DNA of 64,000 bases, taken from positions 234,794,001-234,858,000 of the forward strand of contig OZ024742.1 of NCBI GenBank assembly GCA_964016885.1, given 5' to 3'. Position numbers and translations under genes: made by a program. Source of the DNA: Eledone cirrhosa. Taxonomy: Eukaryota. The number at the start of each line of letters is the position of its first letter. The stretch's first letter is position 1. Shown piece by piece: positions 11,479 through 23,366 of this stretch. A model generated the notes under the pieces. That model saw only the letters and a program-made list of their open reading frames with translations, had not been told where the DNA came from and did not search any database.

Positions 11479-12254
11479 TATAATTTGTCTATTTATATCG
11501 AGAACATTTTTAACGCTATTTTAGACACCGGTTTTAAACTCAAAAGATCATACACTTTGTATAACTTGTGCACCTATTAACCATAACATTTCGTGAAACT
11601 TATTTTACATCATCAAAATTATACTTACAAGAAAACGGGTCTTTACTTTTTTAGTAATTCTTCATCGATTTATTTTTATTTGCTGACAAAGAGTAAAAAT
11701 TACTATATAAATCTCGGAATCGATAAACTGATTATCACCATTATCACTCTATTACTGCTAATAGCTACACTTCATCATTACAAACAACTTCATTAAATAT
11801 CTAAATTTCTTCAGCTTGGGATGGTTCAAAGTATTCTAATAAAACGAGTATTTTGTCAAAGGGAACAAAGGCGGGTTGGTTAACCGAGTTTCTGCCATAA
11901 ACATATTTTATCGAGGGATCCGACCAGTAAACTCTAATTTAATTTGATATTTGTTAGCGATTTAGAAACTTTTATTTTTATTTTTTTTTATTTTATTGTA
12001 GGTAAAAATGCTTTGAGATTGTAAATTCTTGGTTTCAATATTTACAACCAACCTTAGCAATATAGTCTGAGTTGGACGAAACCACGATTTGTATATAAAA
12101 ACATTTAATTTTTTTTTATGTAATGAACGCTGGATTTTTTTTTTTAAACTTTTAAAAATTGATTTTGTATTTTGAAATTTGCCTTCCTTCCCTAAAATTT
12201 ACCTAAGTTTCAATGCTACCTATTTGAATTTTTATGAAGATATATAATTATAGG

Positions 12255-12690
12255 GAAACCAGTTGCAGTGGAGGTACTGAAAGTGCTGTAACCAGAGTAA
12301 GAACTGGGTGGAAGTTCAGAGAGTTGTTAACCTCTGTTGGCAACAAAAGGCTTCTGCGTGTATAGGAACGATAAGATGTTTGTGGTTAAATTGCTTTGCT
12401 GAAAGGAAATATACATGCTTGGCTGGATGTTAGTGTACATGAATAATAGAGCACAAGTGAGCTGAGAAAAGCCGAGAGTGAAAGGAATTGAATGTAGCAT
12501 GCAATAGACGATTGTGTAAGGAAGACGAAAGTTGTATAAAAAGTGCTGAGCGCTTAAAGTGGATGGAATCTGTAGAGGAAAATTAAAGATGACGGAATAA
12601 ACTTGTGAAAAATGAATTCAAGAAACTGAACCTCGCGAATGTGATGACACAAGACTGTTCTGACTTGCTATATGCCATAAGACACTGCAC
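12255..12690 (+). mobile_element. Old RTE LINE 3' fragment
   Basis: Degenerate GGG.ESAV..RVRTGWKFRELL.LLATKGF similarity to the other RTE copies. Confidence 0.6.
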
Positions 12691-13109
12691 CAGTACAAAC
12701 ATTACTACACTAAATGTAAAAGCAAATGTGGTGGAGGACCGTAGACAAAGAAGGGTTTGAGAAGACTCATCTGTCTAGCTGAACATGTGAGATCTCTAGT
12801 GCTGGTATCATGACACACGCAGTACACTCGGTAAAGTGGTGGTCAAGGTCGGCTTAAGTTTTCAGGCCCTCCCAAAGAGTCAGCAGATTTTCTTTTTACA
12901 AATATATTTAATTTGAATTAATGTTTTCCCTTGGTGCCCTAAACATGTGCTTATTTTGCTTAATTGTGGATCAAGCCCTGCTGGTGCCACCAAAACATCC
13001 AGTCGTATGATCATGTTAAATATGGAATCTATGAACAAGATGACGTCGCTCCGATACATCTAGTTTTGGACCATGACAACCAATGCCAGTGTGGAAAGCG
13101 GACGTAAAT

Positions 13110-13620
13110 AATTTTCTACTTTTGGCACAAGGCCACCAATTACTCAGTGCATTACTGGTACTTTATTTTATCGACCCCCGTAAGGATGAAAGGCAAAGTT
13201 AACCTCGGCGGGATTTGAACTCAGTCCGGAAAGGGACGTAACTGCTTCAAAGCATGGCGTCCGACCCTCTACTGATACGGTCAATCCACGGAAAAAATGA
13301 TTTCTATATAGGCACAAAGCCAGCAATTTTGGGGGAGGGGGAAAGTCGATTAAATCGGCCCAGTGCGTGACTGGTACTTTATTTTATCGACCCCGTAAGG
13401 ATGAAAGGAAAAATGAGTTTTCTGTCTATTATTGAGCAATTTGTCGTGATTTGTTCCTGCAATGTCCCATGCTTTGAAGCATAGTTACCTCCCTGTATGA
13501 TCTGAGTTCAAATCACGCCGAGGTTAACTTTGCCTTTCATCCTTCCGGGGTCGATAGAATAAAGTACCAGCAATGCATTGGGTAATTGCTGGCCTTGTGC
13601 CAAAAGTAGAAACAATTATT
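13110..13620. mobile_element. Cluster of Nin-domain tRNA SINEs (two minus-strand copies, one plus-strand copy)
   Basis: Core TTTGCCTTTCATCCTT.CGGGGTCGATA.AATAAAGTACCAG and tail GGCCTTGTGCCAAAAGTAGAAACAATT, in both orientations. Confidence 0.8.
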
Positions 13621-14439
13621 TCCATATTGGTAGCAGGTAAATTCCAGACTTTACTAAGATCCTTGACCTTTTTCATAAGGAAGTAATCAAAATTATTTTA
13701 AGTGGTGCAACAAAATCTTTTACTGATTCCTTCGGGAGGAATGACCTTACCATTTCATCCTATATAATTATGTCTCGTAATTAAATAAATTTCCGGCAAA
13801 CAGCCATAATTCCCAGCTGATAGAATTTTTATTAAGTGATAAATATTCCCGAGTTGGATACGGCTATCACAAAATCTCCCCCCCCCCTTTTTTTTTTAAA
13901 TAGAGGTTTTTATGGTTTATCCAAAAGAAATCAAGATTAGTGAACAATGAAGTTGTGACCTTTTTTAAATCAAGATCTCGTAAAAAAAAATAGGCGAACA
14001 AACCGAGAAAGCTAGAATTATTTCACGAGTTACTTTGTGATCTACTTGACGCTATCTATTATTTAGGGATTCGAAAATCATAAGTCGCTATTTATAATTA
14101 TAGTAATATTTTTTTCACTTTATCTTTTGCCTTTCGCGATTAAATTTTGACCATCTCTTAATTCACACTGTACTTACTAATGCACCTTGAAAATGCCGCA
14201 TAAAACGGCTACAATTGACTCGCTTAGCCAAGTTTATCTGCCCCGATTTCCCTAATTCGGTTCATTACGTGTTTTTGAAATTATTTACATATATACAACC
14301 CCCTCTACCCACATATCAATGTTTGCAAAAATAAAATAAAATACCGTCATAGAAAGTAATGAAAACAAAATTTATCACTTTAAACATATTTGATGTTAAA
14401 ATAATACGTCGTTAGTTGGATAGATTGTCATATTTTCAA

Positions 14440-14780
14440 AAATGATACGCGATAGGGCCCACCCACACCCCCGGAGGACGGCAAGAGAGACGCGCTGGAA
14501 AAGCCACTCCAACTTGCGGGGCTCACACCTGCGGCTGGCCAGCTCAGCGCCTATGGTGGTGAATAAGGAGGTAGCTCTGGGGCCGAGGACACCAGAGGTC
14601 CCCACTGCCAGGGGTACGGCCGCAAACCTGTCGGAGAGCAACCGGTATTTGAGGAGTTTGGCCTCCTCAGCCCGACGTGCACCAGAACCTGGGTCAGTTG
14701 CAGACTGCACCAGGTTGCGGCTGCAAAGAGTGTCGGTGCAAGACGAGGGGTTGCCACCGCGGAACGGGAAGATGGTCATT
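14440..14780 (-). mobile_element. CRE-clade non-LTR retrotransposon C-terminal (restriction-like endonuclease) fragment
   Basis: PFRGG...CTDTL...AEEAKLLKY..L..RF..VPLAVGTSGVLGPRA...WLFQRVSLAVLRG. It is a GC-rich island in AT-rich DNA. Confidence 0.75.
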
Positions 14781-15198
14781 AAACTTGAAATTGCTGAAAC
14801 GCAGCTAAAACTGACAGTTGGACTTTAGTGAGTAAACAATACGAACTATTTGACGCAAACTGAGTAGTAGAGTTAAGGTAAAGTGGTACATATATCATTT
14901 AGATATAGTACTGCAGGTTCAAACACTGATTTTTTTTTTTTTTTTTAAATGATAAATAACGTTGGTAATTTTTTACAATTACAAGTCTCGTGTTGGTGAA
15001 TATTATGCTCATCTAGCTTTAGAGGTGAGATTTTTGTTTTGAATGAATATGATATTGAAAAGCCGTCAAATTATTATGGCCTTGAAAACCGATGCCCTCC
15101 TCCCCAATTAAAACAATTTCCGCCGGTTTTGAAGGCCATGTTCGTTCATTAAATAAAACGGGAAAATATAAATTTCATCTCCAACGTGAGACGGGTGT

Positions 15199-17245
15199 CA
15201 TCATCATCATCATCATCATCAACGTTTAACGTCCGTGTTCCACGCTTGCATGGGTTTGGACGGGGGTAGTCCCACTTGAGGCAAGAGTGATTGTCTTGCT
15301 CGCATAGGACTGTCTGGCAGGTTTTCTACAGTTGGATGCCCTTCCTAACACCAACCACATTTACAGTGTGGGTCTGGGAGGTTTTTACCGTGTTGCCTAC
15401 ACGGCCACATTACAGCGTGGACTGTGTGTTTTTTTGTCGTGACACCTACACGATCTCATTTGTTTCGGCCTGGATGGCGCGGCACCAACATGACTTTACA
15501 TAGAACGGGGTGGTGACGGGACGGGGTGTATTTTGTTAGAGATGCCTACTGGCAAGGCGGGTCTTCTCTGTTACTGAGTACCGCCAAAGGTCTCGGTCCA
15601 GTGACATTGTCTTGGAGAGGTGTAAGTGTGTGAGGTCGGAGTTTATCAGCTCGTCCCAGGTTTTTCTAGGTCTGCCTATTCCGTGGCTACCGTCTATCTT
15701 TATTGCCCTGCACTTTGTTATACAGCTATCGACTTTCATGCGCATCACGTGTCCATACCAACGTAGCCTTCTCTCGAGTAAACAACATCTGATCCCTCTT
15801 ATCTCTAATTTTTTCCTTAGTTCGTTTATGCTTTGCCGTTCACGTATATTACTGTTACACATCCAGCGGAGCATGCAAGCTTCGTTCCTCTCTAGTCTGC
15901 GTATATCCTCTGCACACAATGCCCAGGTCTCACTGCCATGCAACATTGCTGTTCGTATGCAGGCATCGTACAACCTGCCTTTCATTTTTAGGGAGAACCC
16001 TTTAGCAGCTAATAGTGGTATAAGCTCTCTGAACTTTTTCCAACCAGTTCTGACTCTAGCTACTGTACTTTCAGAGCACCCTCCCCCACTGCTGATTTTA
16101 TCGCCCAGGTAACGGAAGCTGTCCACTATTTCTATAGAACCCTCTGCGCAATTGAAAGAGCTAGTATTTTGTGGGCACTTGCTGCTACTTATTGCACCAG
16201 AACACCGGCCACATGTAAAATCTATGTTCTTAGTTAGCTTACCTGTGATCCCACTACATCTTTTATGCACCCATACTTTGCATTTAGGACATAAAATGGA
16301 GTTTCTACCTACGCCTTTCCTACACACCGAGCACGACCATTTCCTAGAAGCGACCGCCGCCTTGTTTTCTTTCCTACAAACTAGAACTTTAGTCTTAGCC
16401 AGGTTAATTTTAAGTCCTTTTGACTCTAGGCCGTGCTTCCATGTTTGGAATTTCTTCTCTAGCTCGGCCATTGATTCCGCTATGAGTGTCAGGTCGTCTG
16501 CGTATAGGAGTTCCCATGGGCAGCCGGTCTTGAACTCCTCTGTTATAGCCTGAAGAGCAATAATAAATAGTAGGGGGCTGAGAACAGAGCCCTGATGGAC
16601 GCCAACTTTTACGCTAAACTCTTCACTATATTCGTTGTTAATTCTAACCTTGCTGACTGTTTCTTTATACATGGCTTGTATAGCCCTCACAAGCCATTCG
16701 TCAACGCCTAGTTTTCTAAGAGCCCACCAGATAATGGAGCGGGGGACTCTGTCGAAGGCTTTCTCCAAGTCGACAAAAGCTAAGTAGAGGGGTTTACCTT
16801 TAGCTAGGTACTTCTCCTGTAGTTGTCGTACTATGAAAAGAGCGTCTGTGGTACTTTTGCCTGACACAAACCCGAACTGCATTTCATCTAGGTCAATTCT
16901 CTCTCTGATTAGTTGCGCTATTACTTTTTCCGTGACCTTCATGACCTGGTCGATTAATTTAATGCCTCTATAGTTACTCCTATCTAGGGCGTCTCCTTTA
17001 CCCTTATAACAGTTAACGATGATGCTGCTATGCCAGTCCTTCGGAACAACCCCATTCTGTACGACTTGGTTAACTATGCGGGTGACCATGGTGTGTCCCA
17101 CCGTGCCAGATGCCTTCAGCATCTCAGCAACTATTTCCGAAGGCCCAGCCGCCTTACCCGTCTTCATATCCTTGATTGCCTTACTTATTATACTCCCCTC
17201 GACTAACACTGCTGGTCCCTCTATTGGGTCGATATGGGGGAGACT
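15199..17245 (-). mobile_element. Young 5'-truncated RTE LINE with (ATG)n tail
   Basis: Intact ORF 15536-17209, a ~330-bp 3' UTR and a (TCA)n run at 15199-15220 marking the 3' end. Confidence 0.95.
15536..17209 (-). CDS. RTE reverse transcriptase with internal PHD finger (5'-truncated, no EN domain)
   Basis: 557 aa open: YKGKGD, QFGF, FVDLEKAFDRV, GVHQGSVLSPLLF, LLYADD, then C4HC3 finger CSVC..CPKC..HKRC..CGRC, then FRYLG, LHGSETW, RRLRWYGHV.R, GRPRKTW. Confidence 0.9.
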   Translation of the reverse strand: MLVEGSIISKAIKDMKTGKAAGPSEIVAEMLKASGTVGHTMVTRIVNQVVQNGVVPKDWHSSIIVNCYKGKGDALDRSNYRGIKLIDQVMKVTEKVIAQLIRERIDLDEMQFGFVSGKSTTDALFIVRQLQEKYLAKGKPLYLAFVDLEKAFDRVPRSIIWWALRKLGVDEWLVRAIQAMYKETVSKVRINNEYSEEFSVKVGVHQGSVLSPLLFIIALQAITEEFKTGCPWELLYADDLTLIAESMAELEKKFQTWKHGLESKGLKINLAKTKVLVCRKENKAAVASRKWSCSVCRKGVGRNSILCPKCKVWVHKRCSGITGKLTKNIDFTCGRCSGAISSSKCPQNTSSFNCAEGSIEIVDSFRYLGDKISSGGGCSESTVARVRTGWKKFRELIPLLAAKGFSLKMKGRLYDACIRTAMLHGSETWALCAEDIRRLERNEACMLRWMCNSNIRERQSINELRKKLEIRGIRCCLLERRLRWYGHVMRMKVDSCITKCRAIKIDGSHGIGRPRKTWDELINSDLTHLHLSKTMSLDRDLWRYSVTEKTRLASRHL

Positions 17246-17319
17246 GTGTAAAATTCCTCACGACTTCCCCTTATCTTTAACTGTTTCTGGCCATATTGCA
17301 GTGCTTTGGTGGTCTCATT

Positions 17320-18165
17320 CGAGCCGTATGGCAATGGGGAGATAGTGGAAAAATACGTCACTTCGGAGCTAGGGTGGCACACTATGGCACTGGAAAGCTT
17401 CAGTGATACAGTATGGCAATATGGAGCTAGGGTAACCCATTATGGCAATGGGGAGTTAGTGTGGGAAAATGTGGAACTTTGAAGCTAGGATGCTGCACTA
17501 TGGCACAGCGGAGCTAGGATGGCACACTATAGAATTGGGGAGCTTCAGTGACAGTATGGAGTTAGGGTGACCCATTATGGCAATGGGCAGGTAATGTGGA
17601 ACTTTGAAGCTAGGGTGGCACACTATGGAATTTGAGAGCTTGAGTGACACAGTATGGAAATATGGAGCCAGGATGTTGAAGTATGACAATGAGGAGATAG
17701 GGTGGAAAAATATGGCATTTTGTAGCTAGGGTGCTGTACTATGGCACAGCAGAGCTAGGGTGACACACTGTGGAATTTGGGAGATTGAGTGACAAAGTAT
17801 GGAAATGTGGAACTAGGATGTTGAAGTATGGTAATGGGGAGATAGGGTTGAAGTATGGTAATGGGGAGATAGGGTTGAAGTATGGTAATGGGGAGATAGG
17901 GTTGAAGTATGGTAATGGGGAGATAGGGTTGAAGTATGGTAATGGGGAGATAGGGTTGAAGTATGGTAATGGGGAGATAGGGTTGAAGTATGGTAATGGG
18001 GAGAAGGGTGGAAGTATGGTAATGGGGAGAAGGGTGGAAGTATGGAAATGTGGAACTAGGATGTTGAAGTATGGTAATGGGGAGATAGGGTTGAAGTATG
18101 GTAATGGGGAGAAGGGTGGAAAATATGGCAATTTGGAGCTAGGCACTATGGCACAGCAGGGCTAG
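17320..18165. repeat. Degenerate G-rich satellite with homogeneous 27-bp core (GGGTTGAAGTATGGTAATGGGGAGATA)
   Basis: About 7 near-perfect 27-bp units at about 17818-18003, inside diverged ATGGCAAT/GAGCTAGGGTGGCACACT repeats. Confidence 0.85.
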
Positions 18166-19189
18166 TACAATATAAAATATGGTATGAGATAAATATAGAA
18201 ACAAAGGTAAGCACATGTATTTTTATGCACATAGAATATGAGTAAATAAGGAGGTGAATATACAAACAAAATAAAGATAAGCACATTTTTATGCATAGAA
18301 AATGAAAGAAAAATGAATAGCATATTTGTACTTTTTTTTTTTTTTTTTTTTTTTTTAAAGATTTTTAGGTCTAAAAAATTTAGCCAAATAAAGTTAGACG
18401 AATTAGAATGAATCAATCTATAAAAATTAATTTAAAATAAAATATTCTAAAGTAACTTATAAAAATATTTTTTTTTTTAATAAAAAATAATTTAAAATTA
18501 ATAAATATATTTACAATTTTTATAAAATTTTCATAAAAATTAATTATAAATAAAATATAATAAATTAACATATATTAATATATTTTTTTAGTTATTTACT
18601 ATATAAATTATTTGACTGGAAGTTATGTTATTTACAACAATAAAGTAATTGAAAAGAGATCTATAGCAAAAAAGAAGCTTGAAATAAGCCATATTATTTA
18701 GGTATAATAAAATAACAAATTTTACATAATATTCATTCATGATTTATTCAAAGTAATTCAACTTATTTTAATAATGTGGTGTAAAATAATAGACTGAACA
18801 GAGTCCCGCACATCTTAGATATATAAGATTCAATAAATATTAAATATATAAATGAGACAATATAAATGTCCATTAAATTCATAACAAAGAATGGCATAAA
18901 TTTTAATTTTCAAAAGGATTAATTTTTATATTAAAAATTTTGAAAGAAAAGTGAAAAATGTCTAATTAAATGATATACAGTGAATTTCATTTTTCATTAA
19001 TATAAGTTAACATTTCAAAATATAGTGCTTGGGACTATATGACCTCATATCTCCCACTATCAATACTCATGTTCAGTAGCAACTGGCAGTAAGATCATTC
19101 TCCTACAAAAACTAGGGAGGTAGTTTAGAATTCTGTGCAAAATCTATAAAATTTAATGTTCTTATTAAAAGGTGTTATTTCTTTATATT

Positions 19190-20790
19190 AGACATTTTAA
19201 AGAAAACCTTTACAAAGGAGAAGGAAAGTGGAGCTGAAGGGCGAAAGAGAAGAAGGTTGGAGGCAGAGGATGCCAAAAAATCAAGCAAGTTCTTCATGCC
19301 CTTTGAAAAGCCTGGAACAAGTAGTTTGACATGTTTTATTAGGACACCCGCATCTGCTGAAAGTTTGTTGAAATATGAAGTTGGATCAAGTACAAATGTG
19401 TCACAAGCTAAAGAGATAGTAAAGTCAGATAAATCTGAATATGACGAGGTTAAGAGTGAGTGTGCCAGAGAGAATGTTGACATATGGACAATGGAGGTGA
19501 TGTTGAATGTATTGACAAAGATTCATCTAACAAGATTGAACCTGAACACACTGAACCTAGTGAAATGGATGGTGTCAAAGAGCCTCGAATTGTCATTCCA
19601 GAAGTGATTAAACAACATGACATTGGTCTTCTGAAGTTTGAAAAGGATACTGGAAAAGCAATTCAGTCTGATGCATTAAGAACAGAAATTATAAAGTTGG
19701 GTTCAAAGTATTTCCAGAACAGTAAGGAGCCTTTCTTACCAACAAACAATTGCCCAATGAACAAAACTTGATTCAAGAGAAAACTGGAGAATGGTCATTG
19801 TGAGGAAGTGACTCGCTCATGGCTGGTCTATTCCCCTTCTAAAAAGTCAGCATTTTGCATCTGTTGTCTTCTCTATTCCATTTCCTTGTCAGACCATCAA
19901 TCCTCATTGGAGCAAGAAAGTGGATTCAACCAGTGGAAAGCACCTGAAAGGTTTACTGTTCATGAAAATACCAAGAATCACAGGAAGTGCTTCACCCAAT
20001 AGAAAAAATTTTAGTTAAGAACAGAGGAGTTATTGACATGGAATCACAGATTGAGAAGGAAAAGGAGAAGTGGCATGATATCTTGACAAGAATCTTTCAC
20101 TTTATAAGATTCCTTGCAACTCAGAACCTGACTTTGTGAGGACACAGGTAGTGACTTCAGCTAGACGACGATCATGACTCCAGTGTAGGAAATTTCCTTG
20201 GCTTTTTTTTTTTATACCTTGTCATGAAAGAACACTTGACCTATGTGAAAGGTCTTGCTGGATCCACATCTTATCTTTCACCACGTATCCAGAATGAATT
20301 CATCCATCTGATGGCATTCACTGTTCACCAGTTTACTGAGAATCATTCGTAAAGCCAAACATTTCATGTTTCATTCAACTCCTGATAAAGCACGCTATAA
20401 GCAGATGTCAGAAGTAGTGAGGTACATGGATGTTGATTTTGAGAGGAAAATAGTCTGTTAAAGATTCCTTCCTTGGTTTTATCCAGATAAGTAAGAAGGA
20501 TGCTGAGAGCTTGCTTGAAGACATCTTGAAACAGCTAGACAAGGATGAAATGGAGCTACAAGATTGTCAGTGACAGTGCTATGACAACATTGCTGTGATG
20601 GCTGGACACAAGTGGTATCCATCAAAGAATAAGTGATAACAAGCTGGCAGTGTTTGTCAATTGTGTCAATCACTCAATTTGGTAGGTAATCATGCAGCTA
20701 ATCAGGATACAATGATGGTCATGTTTTTTGGAACCATCCAAGCTCTGTTTATCTCTCGTTCAACACAACTTTGGGAAAATCTCAGAAATG
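19190..20790 (+). pseudogene. Decayed hAT-superfamily transposase (TTF-type zinc finger / ZMYM1-like)
   Basis: RSWLVYSPSKKSAFCICCLL...SGFNQWK...HENTKNH, FLATQNL..GH, GNFLG, YLSPRIQNEFI, QMSEVVRY, QCYDN motifs with many stops and frameshifts. Confidence 0.85.
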
Positions 20791-21535
20791 CAAGTTTAAC
20801 TCCCAGCTACTGTTAGTACTCATTTTCAGCTGAGTGTACTGCTAGAACAATGTAAAATGAAGTCTTTTTCTCAAGTACACAATGCCCAATCTAGCTCAGG
20901 AATTGAACCCATGGCAATATAATCATAAATCCAATACTCTAACCAGTTGGCCATGCACCTAATTGGCTTATTAACTGGATGATTCTTAATCCTTTCAGTT
21001 CAATATTTAATTAAGCAGCTGAGTGTTTTCTCTTCAGATAACTGTGGAGGTAGGACTCTTCATGTGTTTTACACACCTTCAGTTTGAACTTATTGTTTTT
21101 CTGTTTCTTATTCCTCTTTTTTTTTCCTTCCATGACAATTTGTCATTCCTCTCCTACCTTCATTTTTTTAAATTCTGCACCCTAGACAGCACACAGCTCC
21201 AGCATCATTCACACACAACCTCATAAGTGATGAACTAAGTCGAGAGCATTCTTCATTGGGAATGTGACTACCTGTTTCTTTTAATAACACAGGTTGTTAT
21301 GTATTTAACATATCTGAGTGTCCTCTCAAACCTTTGTTTGACAATTGGATGCCCACTGCATGTTCTTCATTGCAATCGATGGAGGGGTTCATAATCATCA
21401 AAATCACCAACTATCAAATCCATAGCTATTTGTCTATTCACTAAACCCAAAAGTTAGATGCATTATCCCATCATATATATTTACTGCTGTATTGACTGTG
21501 CTTTTGAGAGTTAAAGTTAACTCCATTATTCTATG

Positions 21536-21600
21536 AGGCAGGATTTAGACCTTGAGGGACCCAGGGCAGTCACACTCTCTGCCCCCTATAGATCCGGCCT
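21536..21600. mobile_element. Tiny MITE-like element
   Basis: Imperfect TIRs AGGCAGGATTTA / TAGATCCGGCCT. No clear TSD. Confidence 0.4.
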
Positions 21601-22224
21601 TGCATATATGTACTGCTATATTGAGTGAGCTGTTAAGAGTTAAGTGTCTTATTTATGAGTAACATCATATGTATGTTGTATCAAATAATGAATTGACGTA
21701 GTAACCATTACAGCACAAACTGGTAACCATTCAGCTGATTAACTGACACCTAATTGACACGACTATTTGCAACTCTTTCTCATATTTAGAGATGAAAACT
21801 GATAACTGTTTTACAGATATATCTCATGAGGAGTTTATTTTTTACTTTAATATCCTTGTCTGGAAATAGAAGCAGCTGAAAGGACTTGTATTTTAAGAAA
21901 GGGAAAAAAATGAAATATTGTCACAGTAATGTGTTTCACAAAGGGCATTAGTGGGATGACTTGATTTCAACTAAAGATTGGACCTCATTGCCTCTCCACT
22001 TGCTTAGAGCTTACTTTTTGTCCAATGGTGCTAGCCACAAATAGAACTAGCATATTATGTCTGGCAGAAATGACAGCTACATTAATCACAGTTAAATGCT
22101 ATTTATTTGATCGATATACAATCAATACAATGAAGAGAAGGCTTGGTTGTCTTGAAGATATTAAGTGTATAGTTATAAAGTATGGGTTTGATTTGGTGGA
22201 GTTATTAGTGTGTCATGAGTTGGT

Positions 22225-23105
22225 GATAAAATAAGTACCAGTAACAAACTGTGGTTAATTTAATGGACTTTTCCCTCTCTCCTTCAAATTGCTGGCCTTG
22301 GGTCAAAACTAGAAACAATTATTTACTGATGTAATGGCTGTACATTGGCAGAATTATTAAACAGTCAGACAAATACTTAGCAGCATTTGTTCTGGCTCTT
22401 TACATTCTGAGTTCAAATCCCACCAAGGTCAGCTTTCTGGGGTTGATAAAATAAAGTATCGGTCAAGTATTGGGTTGATTTAATGGATTTTTCCCTCCCC
22501 CTAAAAAACATTACTAGCTTTGTGCCTAAATTAGAAATCATTATTTAGTTACATTCCTATAAAAAAAATTCTTAATAGGTATTATTATTTGAATTGGCAG
22601 TATCGGTAGAGGTTTGGACGCCATGTTTTCTAGCATAGTTACGTCCCTTTACGGTCTGAGTTCAAATCCTGTTGAGGTTAACTTTGCCTTACATCCTTAC
22701 GAGATCAATAAAATAAAGTACCAGTAATGTAGTGCGTAATTGCTGGCCTTGTGCCAAAACTAGAAACAATTATTACTCTTCCCTTTACGCTCTTAATTCA
22801 AATCCCACTAGGGTTGGCTTTACCTTTCATCCTTAAGGGGTCGATAAAATAAAGTACCAGTAACACACTTGAGTCGATTTAATCGACTTCCCCTCTCCCA
22901 AAATTGTTGGCCTTGTGCCTAAATCAGAAACCATTATTACTTTTACTCTTATGTTAAGGGTAATGAATTGAATCTGGGGTCAACATTGCTTTTTATCTTT
23001 CCAGGGTCAATAAAATTAAGTATTGATCGAGAACAACGGTTGATTTAATCAACTAATTCTCCCCTCAAATATCTGTCCTTATTTCTTTGTTAGAAACAAT
23101 TATTG
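22225..23105 (+). mobile_element. Head-to-tail array of ~5 Nin-domain SINE copies
   Basis: Repeated GATAAAATAAAGTACCAGT core and GGCCTTGTGCC.AAA.TAGAAACAATT tail at about 22225, 22345, 22593, 22790 and 22975. Confidence 0.75.
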
Positions 23106-23366
23106 CTCTGATGCTAGAAATCCTTTTAATCTGAATAATTCTCTGCAATTCCTTATTATTCACACTATACAATATGATACTTGACACTATGGAGATTAGA
23201 TTTAGACTTGATTGGATAGTAAATCTATCAATAATGATTGTTACTCTAAATTTTTATCACCATAGCAACTACAGCCAACATTGAGCCATCTTATGTGTGT
23301 TCTTTAATTGATTTGCTTCATTGTAAATATAACTAATAATTCTTTTCATCCCAGTAAAGTTCAGTC

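Noticed and set aside
15612-16553. Long antisense ORFs over RTE copies (also 31497-32213, 37693-38805, 61783-62253)
   Set aside because: Shadow frames of the RT coding strand; no recognisable domain or independent signals.
17739-18165. Repetitive proteins (KYGNGEIGL)n and (SPLPYFNPI)n
   Set aside because: By-products of a 27-bp tandem repeat; no proper start, splice context or synonymous variation.
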